The translations under genes and the position numbers were made by a program. Below the pieces are notes generated by a model. It ran no database searches, was not told the DNA's origin, and worked only from the letters and a program-made list of their open reading frames with translations. Shown piece by piece: positions 27,949 to 37,944 of a stretch of 64,000 nt of DNA. Location: IMG/VR virus record IMGVR_UViG_3300028027_000046; one strand, 5' to 3'. Every line of letters starts with the position of its first letter. Position 1 is the first letter of the stretch. Source of the DNA: an uncultured virus (IMG/VR IMGVR_UViG_3300028027_000046) (Duplodnaviria; Heunggongvirae; Uroviricota; Caudoviricetes).

Positions 27949-28244
27949 GCAACGAAACAATTTTCGAACCTCTATTCGACGCGGTTATAGTTAAACCACT
28001 AGAAACAGAGGAAACAATGTATGGATCTATCGTAGTACCAGACGCTGGTAAAGATAGAAACCCAAAAGGAACAGTAGTAGCAGTTGGACCTGGTTCGCAC
28101 ACCGTAACGGGAACATTCGTAGAAACGGTACTAAAAGTAGGCGACGTGGTAATTTTACCAACACAAGGATTCACTAAAATTGAACACGATGGAGACGAGT
28201 ACTTCATTGGCAACGAGAAAACAGTTCTATCCAAAATCAAATAA
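27945..28244 (+). CDS. groES: co-chaperonin GroES
   Basis: PLFDAVIV, GSIVVPD, GTVVAVGPG, LKVGD. Confidence 0.95.
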   Translation: MSNETIFEPLFDAVIVKPLETEETMYGSIVVPDAGKDRNPKGTVVAVGPGSHTVTGTFVETVLKVGDVVILPTQGFTKIEHDGDEYFIGNEKTVLSKIK

Positions 28245-28250
28245 AGTTAT

Positions 28251-29897
28251 ATGAGCAAACAAATCAAACTAGGTGCCGAGGCACGTAAAAAATTAGCAAA
28301 CGGAATCGATACATTAGCAGACGCAGTAGTATCCAGTTTAGGTCCGCAAGGTAGAAACACAGTATACTTCCATGACGGAGTAGCTGTATCCACAAAAGAC
28401 GGTGTATCCATCGCGAAACACATTTCGGAATTGGAAGACCCAATTGAGAACTTAGGTGCGCAAATGATCAAGCAAGCCGCAATCAAAACAGCAGACAATG
28501 CAGGTGACGGTACAACTACATCAACATTATTAGCTCGTGAAATCGTTAAGCAAGGTTTGCAACGTTTAAATGAAGGCGGAAACGCAGTTGAAATCAAACG
28601 TGGAATCGATGCAGCAGTTAAGCAAGTAATCGAATCACTTAAACATTCATCCGAAAAAATCACATCTGAAGACCAGCTAGAGCAAATCGCATCTATCTCT
28701 GCAAACAATGACCCAGAAACTGGTAAATTAATTGCACGCGCAATGGAGAAAGTAGGCCGTGAAGGTGTAGTACACATTGAGGAATCTCGCACTGGCGAAA
28801 CATACTTAGAGGTAGTTGAAGGTATGCAATTTGACCGTGGCTACAAGTCACCATATTTCGTTACCAACAACAACAATATGTCAGCTGTATTAACTGACGC
28901 ATTGGTATTAATCGCTGACCATAGATTCACACAAGTGAAAGAATTGCTACCTATCTTAGACGGTGTAGCTCGTACTGGAAAATCATTACTTATCATTGCG
29001 GAAGACATCGACGGTGAAGCATTAGCTACATTAATTGTAAACAAAATGCGTGGTACGTTAAAAGTAGTTGCTGTTAAAGCACCTGACTTCGGCGACCGTA
29101 GAAAGTTAATACTAGAAGACATCGCTACATTAACTGGTGGTACTGTATTCGACAAAGACAAAGGTATGAAACTGGACAAATTCCAGGACGAATGGTTCGG
29201 AAACGCACGTACAATCACTGTAACTAAAGAACAAACCACAATCGTTGACGGTCAAGGTTCGGAAGACGCAATCACTAAACGCGTTGAAGAATTGGAAGCA
29301 CAAATCGATAAATCCACAACACCATTTGAAACTGAAAAGTTGCAAGAACGTTTGGCTAAATTTGTAGGTGGTGTTGCTTTAGTACACGTAGGTGGTAATA
29401 CTGAAACGGAAATGAAGGAAAAGAAAGACCGTGTTGACGATGCATTGCATGCAACTAAATGTGCTTTGGAAGACGGTATTGTTCCTGGTGGTGGTACAGC
29501 ATTATTGTACGCTAGAGAAGCAATCACTGAACGCGGTACAGACGGATCTGATTTTAATTTCGGTAAACGTTTAGTATATAAAGTTTGCGGTAAACCATTT
29601 GAGCAAATCTTAATCAACGCAGGATATGATGCTGCTGAAATTTACCCAATCAACATGGAAATTGGTAAAGCTGGTGAGGCTGGAACTAAACCATGGTTTG
29701 GATTCAACATCAAAACTGAGGAAATCGTAAACATGAAGGAAGCAGGTATACTTGACCCAACCAAAGTAACATGCAGCGCCCTTAAAAATGCATCCAGCAT
29801 TGCCGGTACAATTTTATTAACCGAGTGTGTTATCGTAGACAAGCCAGAAGACAAGAAAGAAGACGGTGGCTACGATCCATCTCAAATGATGATGTAA
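28251..29897 (+). CDS. groEL: chaperonin GroEL
   Basis: LGPQGRN, TKDGVS, GDGTTT, EGMQFDRGY, KLQERLAK, GIVPGGG. Confidence 0.98.
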   Translation: MSKQIKLGAEARKKLANGIDTLADAVVSSLGPQGRNTVYFHDGVAVSTKDGVSIAKHISELEDPIENLGAQMIKQAAIKTADNAGDGTTTSTLLAREIVKQGLQRLNEGGNAVEIKRGIDAAVKQVIESLKHSSEKITSEDQLEQIASISANNDPETGKLIARAMEKVGREGVVHIEESRTGETYLEVVEGMQFDRGYKSPYFVTNNNNMSAVLTDALVLIADHRFTQVKELLPILDGVARTGKSLLIIAEDIDGEALATLIVNKMRGTLKVVAVKAPDFGDRRKLILEDIATLTGGTVFDKDKGMKLDKFQDEWFGNARTITVTKEQTTIVDGQGSEDAITKRVEELEAQIDKSTTPFETEKLQERLAKFVGGVALVHVGGNTETEMKEKKDRVDDALHATKCALEDGIVPGGGTALLYAREAITERGTDGSDFNFGKRLVYKVCGKPFEQILINAGYDAAEIYPINMEIGKAGEAGTKPWFGFNIKTEEIVNMKEAGILDPTKVTCSALKNASSIAGTILLTECVIVDKPEDKKEDGGYDPSQMMM

Positions 29898-29954
29898 AGA
29901 ATTATTTTACCCGGAGTGCGACTTACGTGTCTCCGGGTAATATGTATAACCGAC

Positions 29955-30893
29955 ATGGATTATACAAAAATATATAACAGCATTATTGAGCGTGCTCAAA
30001 ATCGCGATCTAGAAGGATATAGTGAGAAACATCATATTACACCTAAATGTATTGGTGGTCAAGATGTAAAAGAAAATATAGTTGAATTGACGGCTCGTGA
30101 GCATTTTTTATGTCATCGTTTACTATGTGAGATATATCCAAACCAAGAAAAATTGTGGTATGCATTGTGGCTGATGGCTATAGGTAAGAAAAAATGGAAC
30201 CATAGAGATCCATATAACTTTACTAGTAGAGAATATGAGCGTATAAAACTAGAATTTATCCAAAGAAAAACAGGCAGCTTTACAATCAGTGAACAACATA
30301 AAAACAAAATATCCGAACATAACTCAGTTCCCGTGTATCAATATACTATAAAAGGTGAATTTGTTAAACTTTGGAACAGTTGTGTTGAAGCTGAAATGCA
30401 TATTAATAATAAAAATCATTGGACTGAATGTAATGATAATATAGGATCTTGTGCTAGAGGTGATCAAAAAACATCATATAAACATGTTTGGAGTTATACT
30501 GAACTTCCCCCAGATTCACCATTATTTAATCCTTTATGGAAGGGGTGTGAGATAATTCAAATAGACCATAATGGGGATGTTATTAATGAATTCCCTACAA
30601 AAAAAGATGCTTTGAAAGATCTCAATATATCTAATCATATGTTTTATAAACTATTATCCAAACCATTTGATGAACCCATTTCCCCTAAATTTAGAAAAAT
30701 ACACCAATTGGATTTAGACGGAAATATACTGTCAACATATGATTCTTTATCCCAAACTAAAAAAATGGGATTTCTCCCCGATTCTATTTCTAATGTTCTT
30801 CGTGGAGTTAGCCATACCTCGGGTGGTTATAAGTGGGAATATGCTGATGAAAATATAAATATAAAATATAGATTACAATGGAAAAACAAATAA
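29955..30893 (+). CDS. HNH homing endonuclease with NUMOD1-like repeats
   Basis: EKHHITPKCIGG...NIVELTAREHFLCH; repeated VYQYTIKG / IHQLDLDG...GYKW modules. Confidence 0.88.
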   Translation: MDYTKIYNSIIERAQNRDLEGYSEKHHITPKCIGGQDVKENIVELTAREHFLCHRLLCEIYPNQEKLWYALWLMAIGKKKWNHRDPYNFTSREYERIKLEFIQRKTGSFTISEQHKNKISEHNSVPVYQYTIKGEFVKLWNSCVEAEMHINNKNHWTECNDNIGSCARGDQKTSYKHVWSYTELPPDSPLFNPLWKGCEIIQIDHNGDVINEFPTKKDALKDLNISNHMFYKLLSKPFDEPISPKFRKIHQLDLDGNILSTYDSLSQTKKMGFLPDSISNVLRGVSHTSGGYKWEYADENINIKYRLQWKNK

Positions 30894-31141
30894 TAGAACA
30901 CAATGAACTTATTGCTACTCGGGTTCCACCTTCGGATAGATGGGTACTGGTAGGCGACACTAAAAAAGTGGTACACCCATCATTAACCGATACACTCGAG
31001 GCATGGTTTGACAAGAATCAAGAACAAGTTGAATTTCGTTTAGCCCCACTCGACAGTAAGCTATATGTCATCCGAACTGAGGAGAAAGCAATCGAACCAG
31101 AACCTGTAAAAAGATACAATTTATACGGTGACGCTATTTAA
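30878..31141 (+). CDS. hypothetical protein
   Basis: 87-aa ORF. Confidence 0.65.
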   Translation: MEKQIIEHNELIATRVPPSDRWVLVGDTKKVVHPSLTDTLEAWFDKNQEQVEFRLAPLDSKLYVIRTEEKAIEPEPVKRYNLYGDAI

Positions 31142-31186
31142 CAGCGTCACCATTTTGTATATTTATACATAAACATACATACAAAT

Positions 31187-32146
31187 ATGAAATTATTCGA
31201 TATTATCCGCGAAATGGATGGAGAAGAAGACGGAATGAAAGGCATAGGCCGTAACAGTTACGACTTAACAATCCAATCAACTGAAACTCAAGCAGCCATA
31301 GACGCACTAAACAATATAGACAACTATGGCCCTTATGCACAAAGCATGAGAGACCCAGAAGCAATTAAGAAAGTATTTGGCCCATCCATCCCAGCACAAA
31401 AAGCAGGAGCGGCATGGAAAAACTGGGATGGGTTGGACGATGAAGGCAAGGAAAACAAGTTAGCAGACATTGCTGCTCGTGAACCTCAAGAATACGAAGC
31501 TGGTTTGAAAGAAGCAGAAAAAGGATACGCAGCGTGGCAAGCAGAAGGAAACGACGGTACTATCGAGGAATATTTGAAAACATTATCCGGTAAATCGTTA
31601 CCTAAAATGATTGTTGGTAAATTTGGAAAAAACTATTTCCCATTAAAAACACCTGCAAACCTTAAAAAATACAGTGGCAAAATGGAGGAAGGCGTTCACT
31701 ACATTGTAAACGGAGACGAAATCACATTCCCACAAAAAGACAGCCCATTTGCAACTAAAGCATATCTTGAGAAAGTAGTCAAAACAATCATGGACAATGC
31801 TGGAGTTAAATACCATGTTGTAAGAATCGAACCAACCGATACTGAAACACCGGGTGTAACTAAAGCAGAACCATCCGAGGCAACTGTATCATTTAAAGTT
31901 ACATTGGATCCAGCTAAAATCAAAGGTAAACGTGCTGAAATCAACGGTTTAATCCAGCGTTTAAAAAACACATACGACAAAAACTTCGAATATTCAAACA
32001 ACGTTATCGTTATTAGCAAAGTTAAAAACCAGCAAGCAAAATTAGACCTAATCAAATTGTTTGCTCCGTATGCACTTAAAGCTACACCAACAGTAAACGA
32101 GGAATTCTTGCGCATGCAAAAATTGGCTGGTATTATTACTGAGTAA
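31187..32146 (+). CDS. hypothetical late protein ending in RMQKLAGIITE
   Basis: 319 aa; ATATTTATA motif at 31159. Confidence 0.7.
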   Translation: MKLFDIIREMDGEEDGMKGIGRNSYDLTIQSTETQAAIDALNNIDNYGPYAQSMRDPEAIKKVFGPSIPAQKAGAAWKNWDGLDDEGKENKLADIAAREPQEYEAGLKEAEKGYAAWQAEGNDGTIEEYLKTLSGKSLPKMIVGKFGKNYFPLKTPANLKKYSGKMEEGVHYIVNGDEITFPQKDSPFATKAYLEKVVKTIMDNAGVKYHVVRIEPTDTETPGVTKAEPSEATVSFKVTLDPAKIKGKRAEINGLIQRLKNTYDKNFEYSNNVIVISKVKNQQAKLDLIKLFAPYALKATPTVNEEFLRMQKLAGIITE

Positions 32147-32222
32147 TCATCCCTTACTATATTTAATCAAAGAAGCTTGGCTTAGCCAGGCTTTCTTTGT
32201 ATATTCCACTCAAAAATAAGTT

Positions 32223-33140
32223 ATGCAAACAGAACACTATGTAATGAACGAGAAGTACAGGCCATCAACACTTGAGGGCTATGTATGTGATGATTACCTT
32301 AAACAAAAAGTAGAGGGTTGGCTCGAACAACATAACATTCCTATGTTGGGTTTCTTTGGCAAAGCCGGATCCGGCAAAACCACCCTAGCGAAAATCATCG
32401 CTCGCAACATTGACTGTGACTACATCATGATCAACGCTACAGACAAACGTGGTATCGAGGACATCAAAAACGAAATCCTCCCATTCGTATCCGTAATGTC
32501 ATTCAAAAGCGCACCCAAAATCGTCATACTAGACGAAGCAACTCATATCCTGCAAGCGGGTCAAGTGTTGCTACTAAACATGATCGAAACATATAGCTTA
32601 AACACACGATTCATATTAACCGGTAATTATCCAGAACGTCTAATTGAACCGTTGCGTTCACGTTTGGAGGATTATAATTTGAAACCCCCAAGCAAAAAAC
32701 ACGTAGCCAAACACGTAGTAAACATACTCGACACTGAAAATATACAGTACGAAATCAGCGACGTAGCTGCGATTATAAACGCGTACTATCCTGATTTACG
32801 TCGTATTATTAACAACGTACAAAAGCACGTTATAGACAATAAACTTGCGCTGTCTCAAACATTAACCAATGACACAGACACTGAAAACAATTTAATTCAG
32901 TTACTATCCAAAAAACACTCAAAAACATTCACTGAAATCCGTAAGTTAGTAGCGGACAGCGATGTGAGTGACTTTGACAGTTTATACAAAAAACTATACA
33001 CAGACATCGAGAAATATGCATCTGGAAACGAAGGACTCGTGATTATCACACTAAACGACCATATATTCCAGAGTGCGAGTGTGATTGACAAAGAAATATG
33101 TTTCTTTGCATGTATAGCTAAAATTTTAGAAACCATATAA
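32223..33140 (+). CDS. clamp loader AAA+ subunit (RFC/gp44-like)
   Basis: EKYRP, GKAGSGKTT, ILDEA, LRSR, PDLRR. Confidence 0.93.
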   Translation: MQTEHYVMNEKYRPSTLEGYVCDDYLKQKVEGWLEQHNIPMLGFFGKAGSGKTTLAKIIARNIDCDYIMINATDKRGIEDIKNEILPFVSVMSFKSAPKIVILDEATHILQAGQVLLLNMIETYSLNTRFILTGNYPERLIEPLRSRLEDYNLKPPSKKHVAKHVVNILDTENIQYEISDVAAIINAYYPDLRRIINNVQKHVIDNKLALSQTLTNDTDTENNLIQLLSKKHSKTFTEIRKLVADSDVSDFDSLYKKLYTDIEKYASGNEGLVIITLNDHIFQSASVIDKEICFFACIAKILETI

Positions 33141-33153
33141 ACACAAATAAATA

Positions 33154-33387
33154 ATGCAACAACAACCACAAATTGATTTAGCCAATTCAACTGCAGTTGA
33201 AGGTTTTGACGGAGGTATTATCTTCCAACAAGGTTACGTTTTACGTAAAATTTCCAAATTTATCTTAGGGTCAGACGAAGACGGTTTGGTTCCAATCGGA
33301 GTATTTTACGATATCGAATCTAAAAAAATCGTTTTAGACTCGTTACCAAAAGAATTGCGTGACGAATACAAAGAACATTCCTTGTAA
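33154..33387 (+). CDS. hypothetical protein
   Basis: 77-aa ORF in the replication operon. Confidence 0.7.
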   Translation: MQQQPQIDLANSTAVEGFDGGIIFQQGYVLRKISKFILGSDEDGLVPIGVFYDIESKKIVLDSLPKELRDEYKEHSL

Positions 33388-33389
33388 TC

Positions 33390-33815
33390 ATGACACTATT
33401 CGATTGGCTCGAGCAAATCACTGTGAAGAAACAACCAGCCTCCACATTCAGTGAGGAGGACTGGCTGGTCTTCCAGCCATATATGATCCACAAGTTCATA
33501 TCCATGAATATGGACTATATCGAACTAGCCAATTACGTTCAAAAAATCCCACACGACCAAAAAAAATACATTTACACTGCATACTGTAATTTAATCCCAA
33601 AACGTAAGGTATGGTTGAAATGGGTTGGTAAAACTAAAAAATCCACCACACCCGAAGCCGAGCATATCGCTCGCTACTACGAATGTAGTTTAAGCGATGC
33701 TGCTGAATACATGGAATTGCTAGGCAAATCTGGCGTAACCGAGACACTATTAAAAATGGGCATAGACAACCCAAAACCTGAAAAAAATGCAAGAAAACCA
33801 CGAAAAACAAAATAG
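33390..33815 (+). CDS. probable clamp loader small subunit (gp62-like)
   Basis: LFDWL...FQPYMIHKFISM...IPKRKVWLKW pattern and position. Confidence 0.65.
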   Translation: MTLFDWLEQITVKKQPASTFSEEDWLVFQPYMIHKFISMNMDYIELANYVQKIPHDQKKYIYTAYCNLIPKRKVWLKWVGKTKKSTTPEAEHIARYYECSLSDAAEYMELLGKSGVTETLLKMGIDNPKPEKNARKPRKTK

Positions 33816-34026
33816 CCGCACCATCCCCACCACAGACCACGTTGTGGATTCAGTAATAGACAAATTTATCGAACGTGCACAATTCGGCCGTGAAAAATAT
33901 GGTGTTGGGTTAGAACGTACAGATTTAAATTTTTTAGACTACTGTAAACACTTACGTGAAGAATTAATGGATGGTATTCTATACCTGGAAAAAATGGAGA
34001 AAATCATACGAGAACAAAACCCATAA
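33787..34026 (+). CDS. small all-alpha protein, possibly nucleotide pyrophosphohydrolase-like
   Basis: GREKYG...HLREELMDGILY. Confidence 0.55.
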   Translation: MQENHEKQNSRTIPTTDHVVDSVIDKFIERAQFGREKYGVGLERTDLNFLDYCKHLREELMDGILYLEKMEKIIREQNP

Positions 34027-34037
34027 TATTTATTAAT

Positions 34038-34656
34038 ATGAAACCAGATTATACTAAAATCAAATTTGAAGATTTGAATTTTAAAAAAACACTAAACGAG
34101 AACGAAATTGATCCTGCTGAAAAAGCAAGAGTAGATGGTTTAATTGAAGAATTAAAGGCTGCTGTGGAAGTAGCCGTAAACTATTGGAGATATGGAAAAA
34201 AATGATCATTTTCAACCCACAGGGAAACGTTTAGATAATTTAAATAGACTATTAAAATCAGAACATCCTAAAGATTTATGGGTTATGGACGGTGTTTTAC
34301 CTCCTTTCTTATCCATAATAGATTCCTATTCTACATTGCAACAGCAGAGAGTAGTAATGCGAGAACTTAAACAATTATTCGATGCATATGAATTTAGATA
34401 CAATACAATATTAGAAAATATGAACCCAAAAGACACAATTACCGTAGACGTTCCGTTATTCATCCGTCTATTAGAATACGCTAGAGAAGACGCAAAAACG
34501 GACATGGATCTACACAATGTTGCTGAGCGCGCAATCAGTTTAAGCACTGAAGGTGAATGTTTGGGTATGGAATCATATGATTCTATTGTTGGTCAATCCG
34601 AACAATTAGCAGAAATGCGTAAACTATTCCAAGTACGTGCTGGTATAATTAAATAA
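34038..34656 (+). CDS. late protein, apparently frameshifted at an A7 run (ORFs 34038-34205 and 34192-34656)
   Basis: Removing one A from 34196-34202 fuses the two frames; ends in RKLFQVRAGIIK. Confidence 0.5.
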
Positions 34657-34686
34657 ACATAAATATAAACATAAAAATAAACAAAC

Positions 34687-35382
34687 ATGAACAATAAATT
34701 TAAATCCCTAGTAAACTGGTATTACATTGAAGACTGGAGTAATTACCCGGGTCCAAAAGGTAGAGTAGTTCCTGATGCTAAAGGATATGATAACCCAAGA
34801 GATTATAATGGAACTGAACTTTATATCCCTCAGGGTACTATAGGTTATAAAAAAGGAAACTCCTTCATTGATGAAGAAGGAAATGATGTTCCTTTCGATA
34901 TACAGTATTTTAAAAAATCAACCCAAATTAATGAAAGTAACATGAGTAAAGAAAACTTAAGAATGCAAATGTTGGCTGGTATTATTACTGAAAGTCAATA
35001 CAAAACAAAATTGAAAAAATTTACAATTTTAGAAAACAAATTTAAGGCTGCTACTAGTAGATTAATGTTGAATGAAAATGAAGGAGAAGTATTTGACAAT
35101 AACTCTTCATTGAATGAGGATGAATTACCTAATGATATCATATGGGATTGGAATAAAGCTAGAATTACCTCTGATACTGATGATAGATTTGTTTATAAAG
35201 TTTGGGGGAGAAGCAAAACATATAATTATTATGGTGAATTTTATTTAGTCAAACTTAATCCTGAGGATGAAGTGCCTGATATTACAGATAAAAATATTAG
35301 AGCAAAATATGGGGAGTTCTTATATATAGCAGAATATACAAAAGATACAGATAAATTAGTAAACGAATATAACCCCCAATAA
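34687..35382 (+). CDS. RMQMLAG-containing protein (putative internal virion protein)
   Basis: Internal copy of the leader found in 23493..23930. Confidence 0.6.
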   Translation: MNNKFKSLVNWYYIEDWSNYPGPKGRVVPDAKGYDNPRDYNGTELYIPQGTIGYKKGNSFIDEEGNDVPFDIQYFKKSTQINESNMSKENLRMQMLAGIITESQYKTKLKKFTILENKFKAATSRLMLNENEGEVFDNNSSLNEDELPNDIIWDWNKARITSDTDDRFVYKVWGRSKTYNYYGEFYLVKLNPEDEVPDITDKNIRAKYGEFLYIAEYTKDTDKLVNEYNPQ

Positions 35383-35443
35383 CTCCCTTTACATATTAAT
35401 ACAAAAGCTTGGCTCTGCCAGGCTTTTTTTGTATATTCCGGTT

Positions 35444-36388
35444 ATGGCTAAAAAGAAACTACCCCAAATTGTACAGGACATTCGTAAATACAAACCGAAA
35501 GACATGGACTGGGCGAACGAGAAACTCATTTCGTACTCGCAATTATCCATGTACAACGAATGCCCTAAGAAATGGTCGTTAAACTATGTAGAGGGGCACA
35601 AACAATTTAGCTCAACCATTCACACAGTTTTCGGGTCTAGCATCCACACTGTAATCCAACACTACTTAACCGTAATGTACGATCAAAGCGCTGCTGAAGC
35701 GGACCGCTTAAACACATCTGAAATATTTGAGGAAGCACTTCGCGCTGAATATAAGACACAATACAAGAAAAACAATAACCAGCACTTCTGTACACCAGAA
35801 CAACTACGTGAATTTTTCGATGACGGTATTGAAATCATCCGTGATTTCTCTAAAAACAAATCCAAACATTTCTCCAAACGTGGATGGTATTTAGTTGGAT
35901 GTGAAGTACCTGTATCTAAAATTCAAAACCCATCATTACCTAACGTTGTATATCAAGGCTACCTTGATGTAGTAATGTACCATGAACCAACAGATGTAAT
36001 CAAAATCATTGATATCAAAACTAGTACTAATTCATGGGGAGACAAACAGAAAAAAGACGAGAACAAGCAATTCCAGCTTATACTATATAAGAAATTTATA
36101 TCTGAACTATTCAATCACCCAGTAGACAAAATTGAAATTGAATTTTTCATTGTTAAACGTAAATTATTCGAAAGTGAGGATTTCGTTATTCGTCGCATTC
36201 AAACGTTTTCACCTCCATCGGGTAAAGTTAAACTAAACAAGGCAACTCAATCAATCGATACATTCATAAGCGAAGCATTTGATTTGAGTGGATATAAAAA
36301 AGTGGAACATAAACCAACTGTAAACGACAATTGTAAATGGTGCCCATTTCATGGTGTACATTTGTGTAGTGCAACATATAATAATTAA
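35444..36388 (+). CDS. Cas4/RecB-like PD-(D/E)XK exonuclease
   Basis: ISYSQ..CP, FGSSIH, GYLD, IDIKT, QLILY, CKWC..C four-Cys pattern. Confidence 0.88.
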   Translation: MAKKKLPQIVQDIRKYKPKDMDWANEKLISYSQLSMYNECPKKWSLNYVEGHKQFSSTIHTVFGSSIHTVIQHYLTVMYDQSAAEADRLNTSEIFEEALRAEYKTQYKKNNNQHFCTPEQLREFFDDGIEIIRDFSKNKSKHFSKRGWYLVGCEVPVSKIQNPSLPNVVYQGYLDVVMYHEPTDVIKIIDIKTSTNSWGDKQKKDENKQFQLILYKKFISELFNHPVDKIEIEFFIVKRKLFESEDFVIRRIQTFSPPSGKVKLNKATQSIDTFISEAFDLSGYKKVEHKPTVNDNCKWCPFHGVHLCSATYNN

Positions 36389-36392
36389 AGTT

Positions 36393-36659
36393 ATGAAATT
36401 ACTAAGACCCGAAGTAGAAAAAGACATAGTCCCTTTAACTAGTTGCTCACTATTTGATATGGCTGACAACATAGCCAAAATGTGCTATAACATAACAGAA
36501 GAAGAATATTTGAAAATACTAAACGAAGCCACTGAGGAAGAAATAGCTCATTTTGCCGTTGTATTTGATGATTCTCCTGAAAGTTTTACATTTACCGCAT
36601 ATAAACAGGGGCTAAGAGTGAGAAACAAATATGTGGAATATTTTAACCATAAGTTATGA
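36393..36659 (+). CDS. hypothetical protein, paralogue of 57860..58108
   Basis: Both start MK(L/I)LRPEV and contain VRNKY. Confidence 0.7.
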   Translation: MKLLRPEVEKDIVPLTSCSLFDMADNIAKMCYNITEEEYLKILNEATEEEIAHFAVVFDDSPESFTFTAYKQGLRVRNKYVEYFNHKL

Positions 36660-37318
36660 ATATAGTATTTTTTACCGGAGCAGGTATATCAGAAGAAAGC
36701 GGTATACCTACATTCAGAACAGGAGAAGACAGCATCTGGAACCGATACAACCCAGACATAGTATGTAATATTAGAGCGTGGCCCCACCACAAAGAAAAAA
36801 TCCTGTCATTCTTCAATGAAGTCAGATCTTGGGTGGAAAAATGTGAACCTAACCAAGCCCACATAGACATAGCTCAACTTGAAAATACACATACTGTACA
36901 TGTAATCACAACAAACATAGACGAGTTGCATGAGAATGCTGGATCCACTAATGTAATCCATGTACATGGAAATATATTTGAATGTTGCGATGTTAACTAT
37001 CACCATATTGAACCATGTCACACTGATATAAACATAGGAGATGTTCACCCTAAATCAAACTCCCAACTTAGACACAATGTAGTCATGTTTGGAGAGATGC
37101 CTTACCATTTCACCAAAGCAATGCGCATTATATCCCAAGCCGATATACTAGTTGTTATCGGCACATCATTAAGTGTATACCCAGCGGCGGGATTAGTGGA
37201 ATCATTCAAAGGACAAATATACTATATTGACCCAGAAGCTCGTTCTATAAACGATAAAACCATTGCCATTAATAAGAAAGCAACGGATGGCGTAAAAGAA
37301 TTTATTTCATTAATTTAA
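36656..37318 (+). CDS. Sir2/CobB-family NAD-dependent deacylase
   Basis: TGAGISEESGIPTFR, TTNIDELHE, HVHG, VMFGE, GTSLSVYPAA. Confidence 0.95.
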   Translation: MNIVFFTGAGISEESGIPTFRTGEDSIWNRYNPDIVCNIRAWPHHKEKILSFFNEVRSWVEKCEPNQAHIDIAQLENTHTVHVITTNIDELHENAGSTNVIHVHGNIFECCDVNYHHIEPCHTDINIGDVHPKSNSQLRHNVVMFGEMPYHFTKAMRIISQADILVVIGTSLSVYPAAGLVESFKGQIYYIDPEARSINDKTIAINKKATDGVKEFISLI

Positions 37319-37328
37319 TAATTAAGTT

Positions 37329-37676
37329 ATGCCAGACAATAAAACATTAATACTCGAACAATTCGAACATCATAAAGGTGAGTTCATCATTATGGGAACG
37401 GATGTTGTTAGACTAGTTGCCGTTGGAGACGATGGTGAAGACTATTATTGGGTAACATATGATGGTAGAGGAGTTCACTGGCATTCATGTGTGGGTGGAT
37501 TTGTAGTACTTAAAAACAAAATCGACGAACGTGACTACAATGAATTCATTCGTATAGCCAAACTAAACCATTTCGACCAAACCGACGACGAGTGGAGTGA
37601 TGCTCATAAGAAACATGCTGAATATCTACCCGAAGACCACACATATTTGGCTGGAGTGTGTTGGGATATGAACTAA
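37329..37676 (+). CDS. hypothetical protein
   Basis: 115 aa with AAGTTATG start. Confidence 0.7.
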   Translation: MPDNKTLILEQFEHHKGEFIIMGTDVVRLVAVGDDGEDYYWVTYDGRGVHWHSCVGGFVVLKNKIDERDYNEFIRIAKLNHFDQTDDEWSDAHKKHAEYLPEDHTYLAGVCWDMN

Positions 37677-37721
37677 TCCAATCCCTTTACATATGTATAT
37701 CCGATAATAAATATATAAAAC

Positions 37722-37916
37722 ATGAGTACAGCAAACCAACAATTAACATCCGTAAAAGTAGACAAAGATCTATTCGAAGAATTCAAAATAAATTCAATCA
37801 AAATGAAATTCAGCCTTCAAAAGTTATCTGAGCGGGCAATGTTTCTATACAATACTGACCCTGAATTTAGAAAAATGATACATAAAGTTGAAGTAAACTT
37901 GAGTAAGCCAGAATAG
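37722..37916 (+). CDS. ribbon-helix-helix-like DNA-binding protein
   Basis: TSVKVDKDLFEEFK...SLQKLSERAM pattern. Confidence 0.55.
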   Translation: MSTANQQLTSVKVDKDLFEEFKINSIKMKFSLQKLSERAMFLYNTDPEFRKMIHKVEVNLSKPE

Positions 37917-37944
37917 GTTAGTATATTCCCGTTAAAATTAAGTT

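Noticed and set aside
24577..29854. Long minus-strand ORFs opposite the polymerase, clamp and groEL genes
   Set aside because: Antisense shadows of strongly conserved plus-strand genes; no motifs or start contexts.
35444..36388. CRISPR-Cas locus
   Set aside because: Only a solo Cas4-like nuclease; I saw no repeat-spacer array, cas1 or cas2 in the window.
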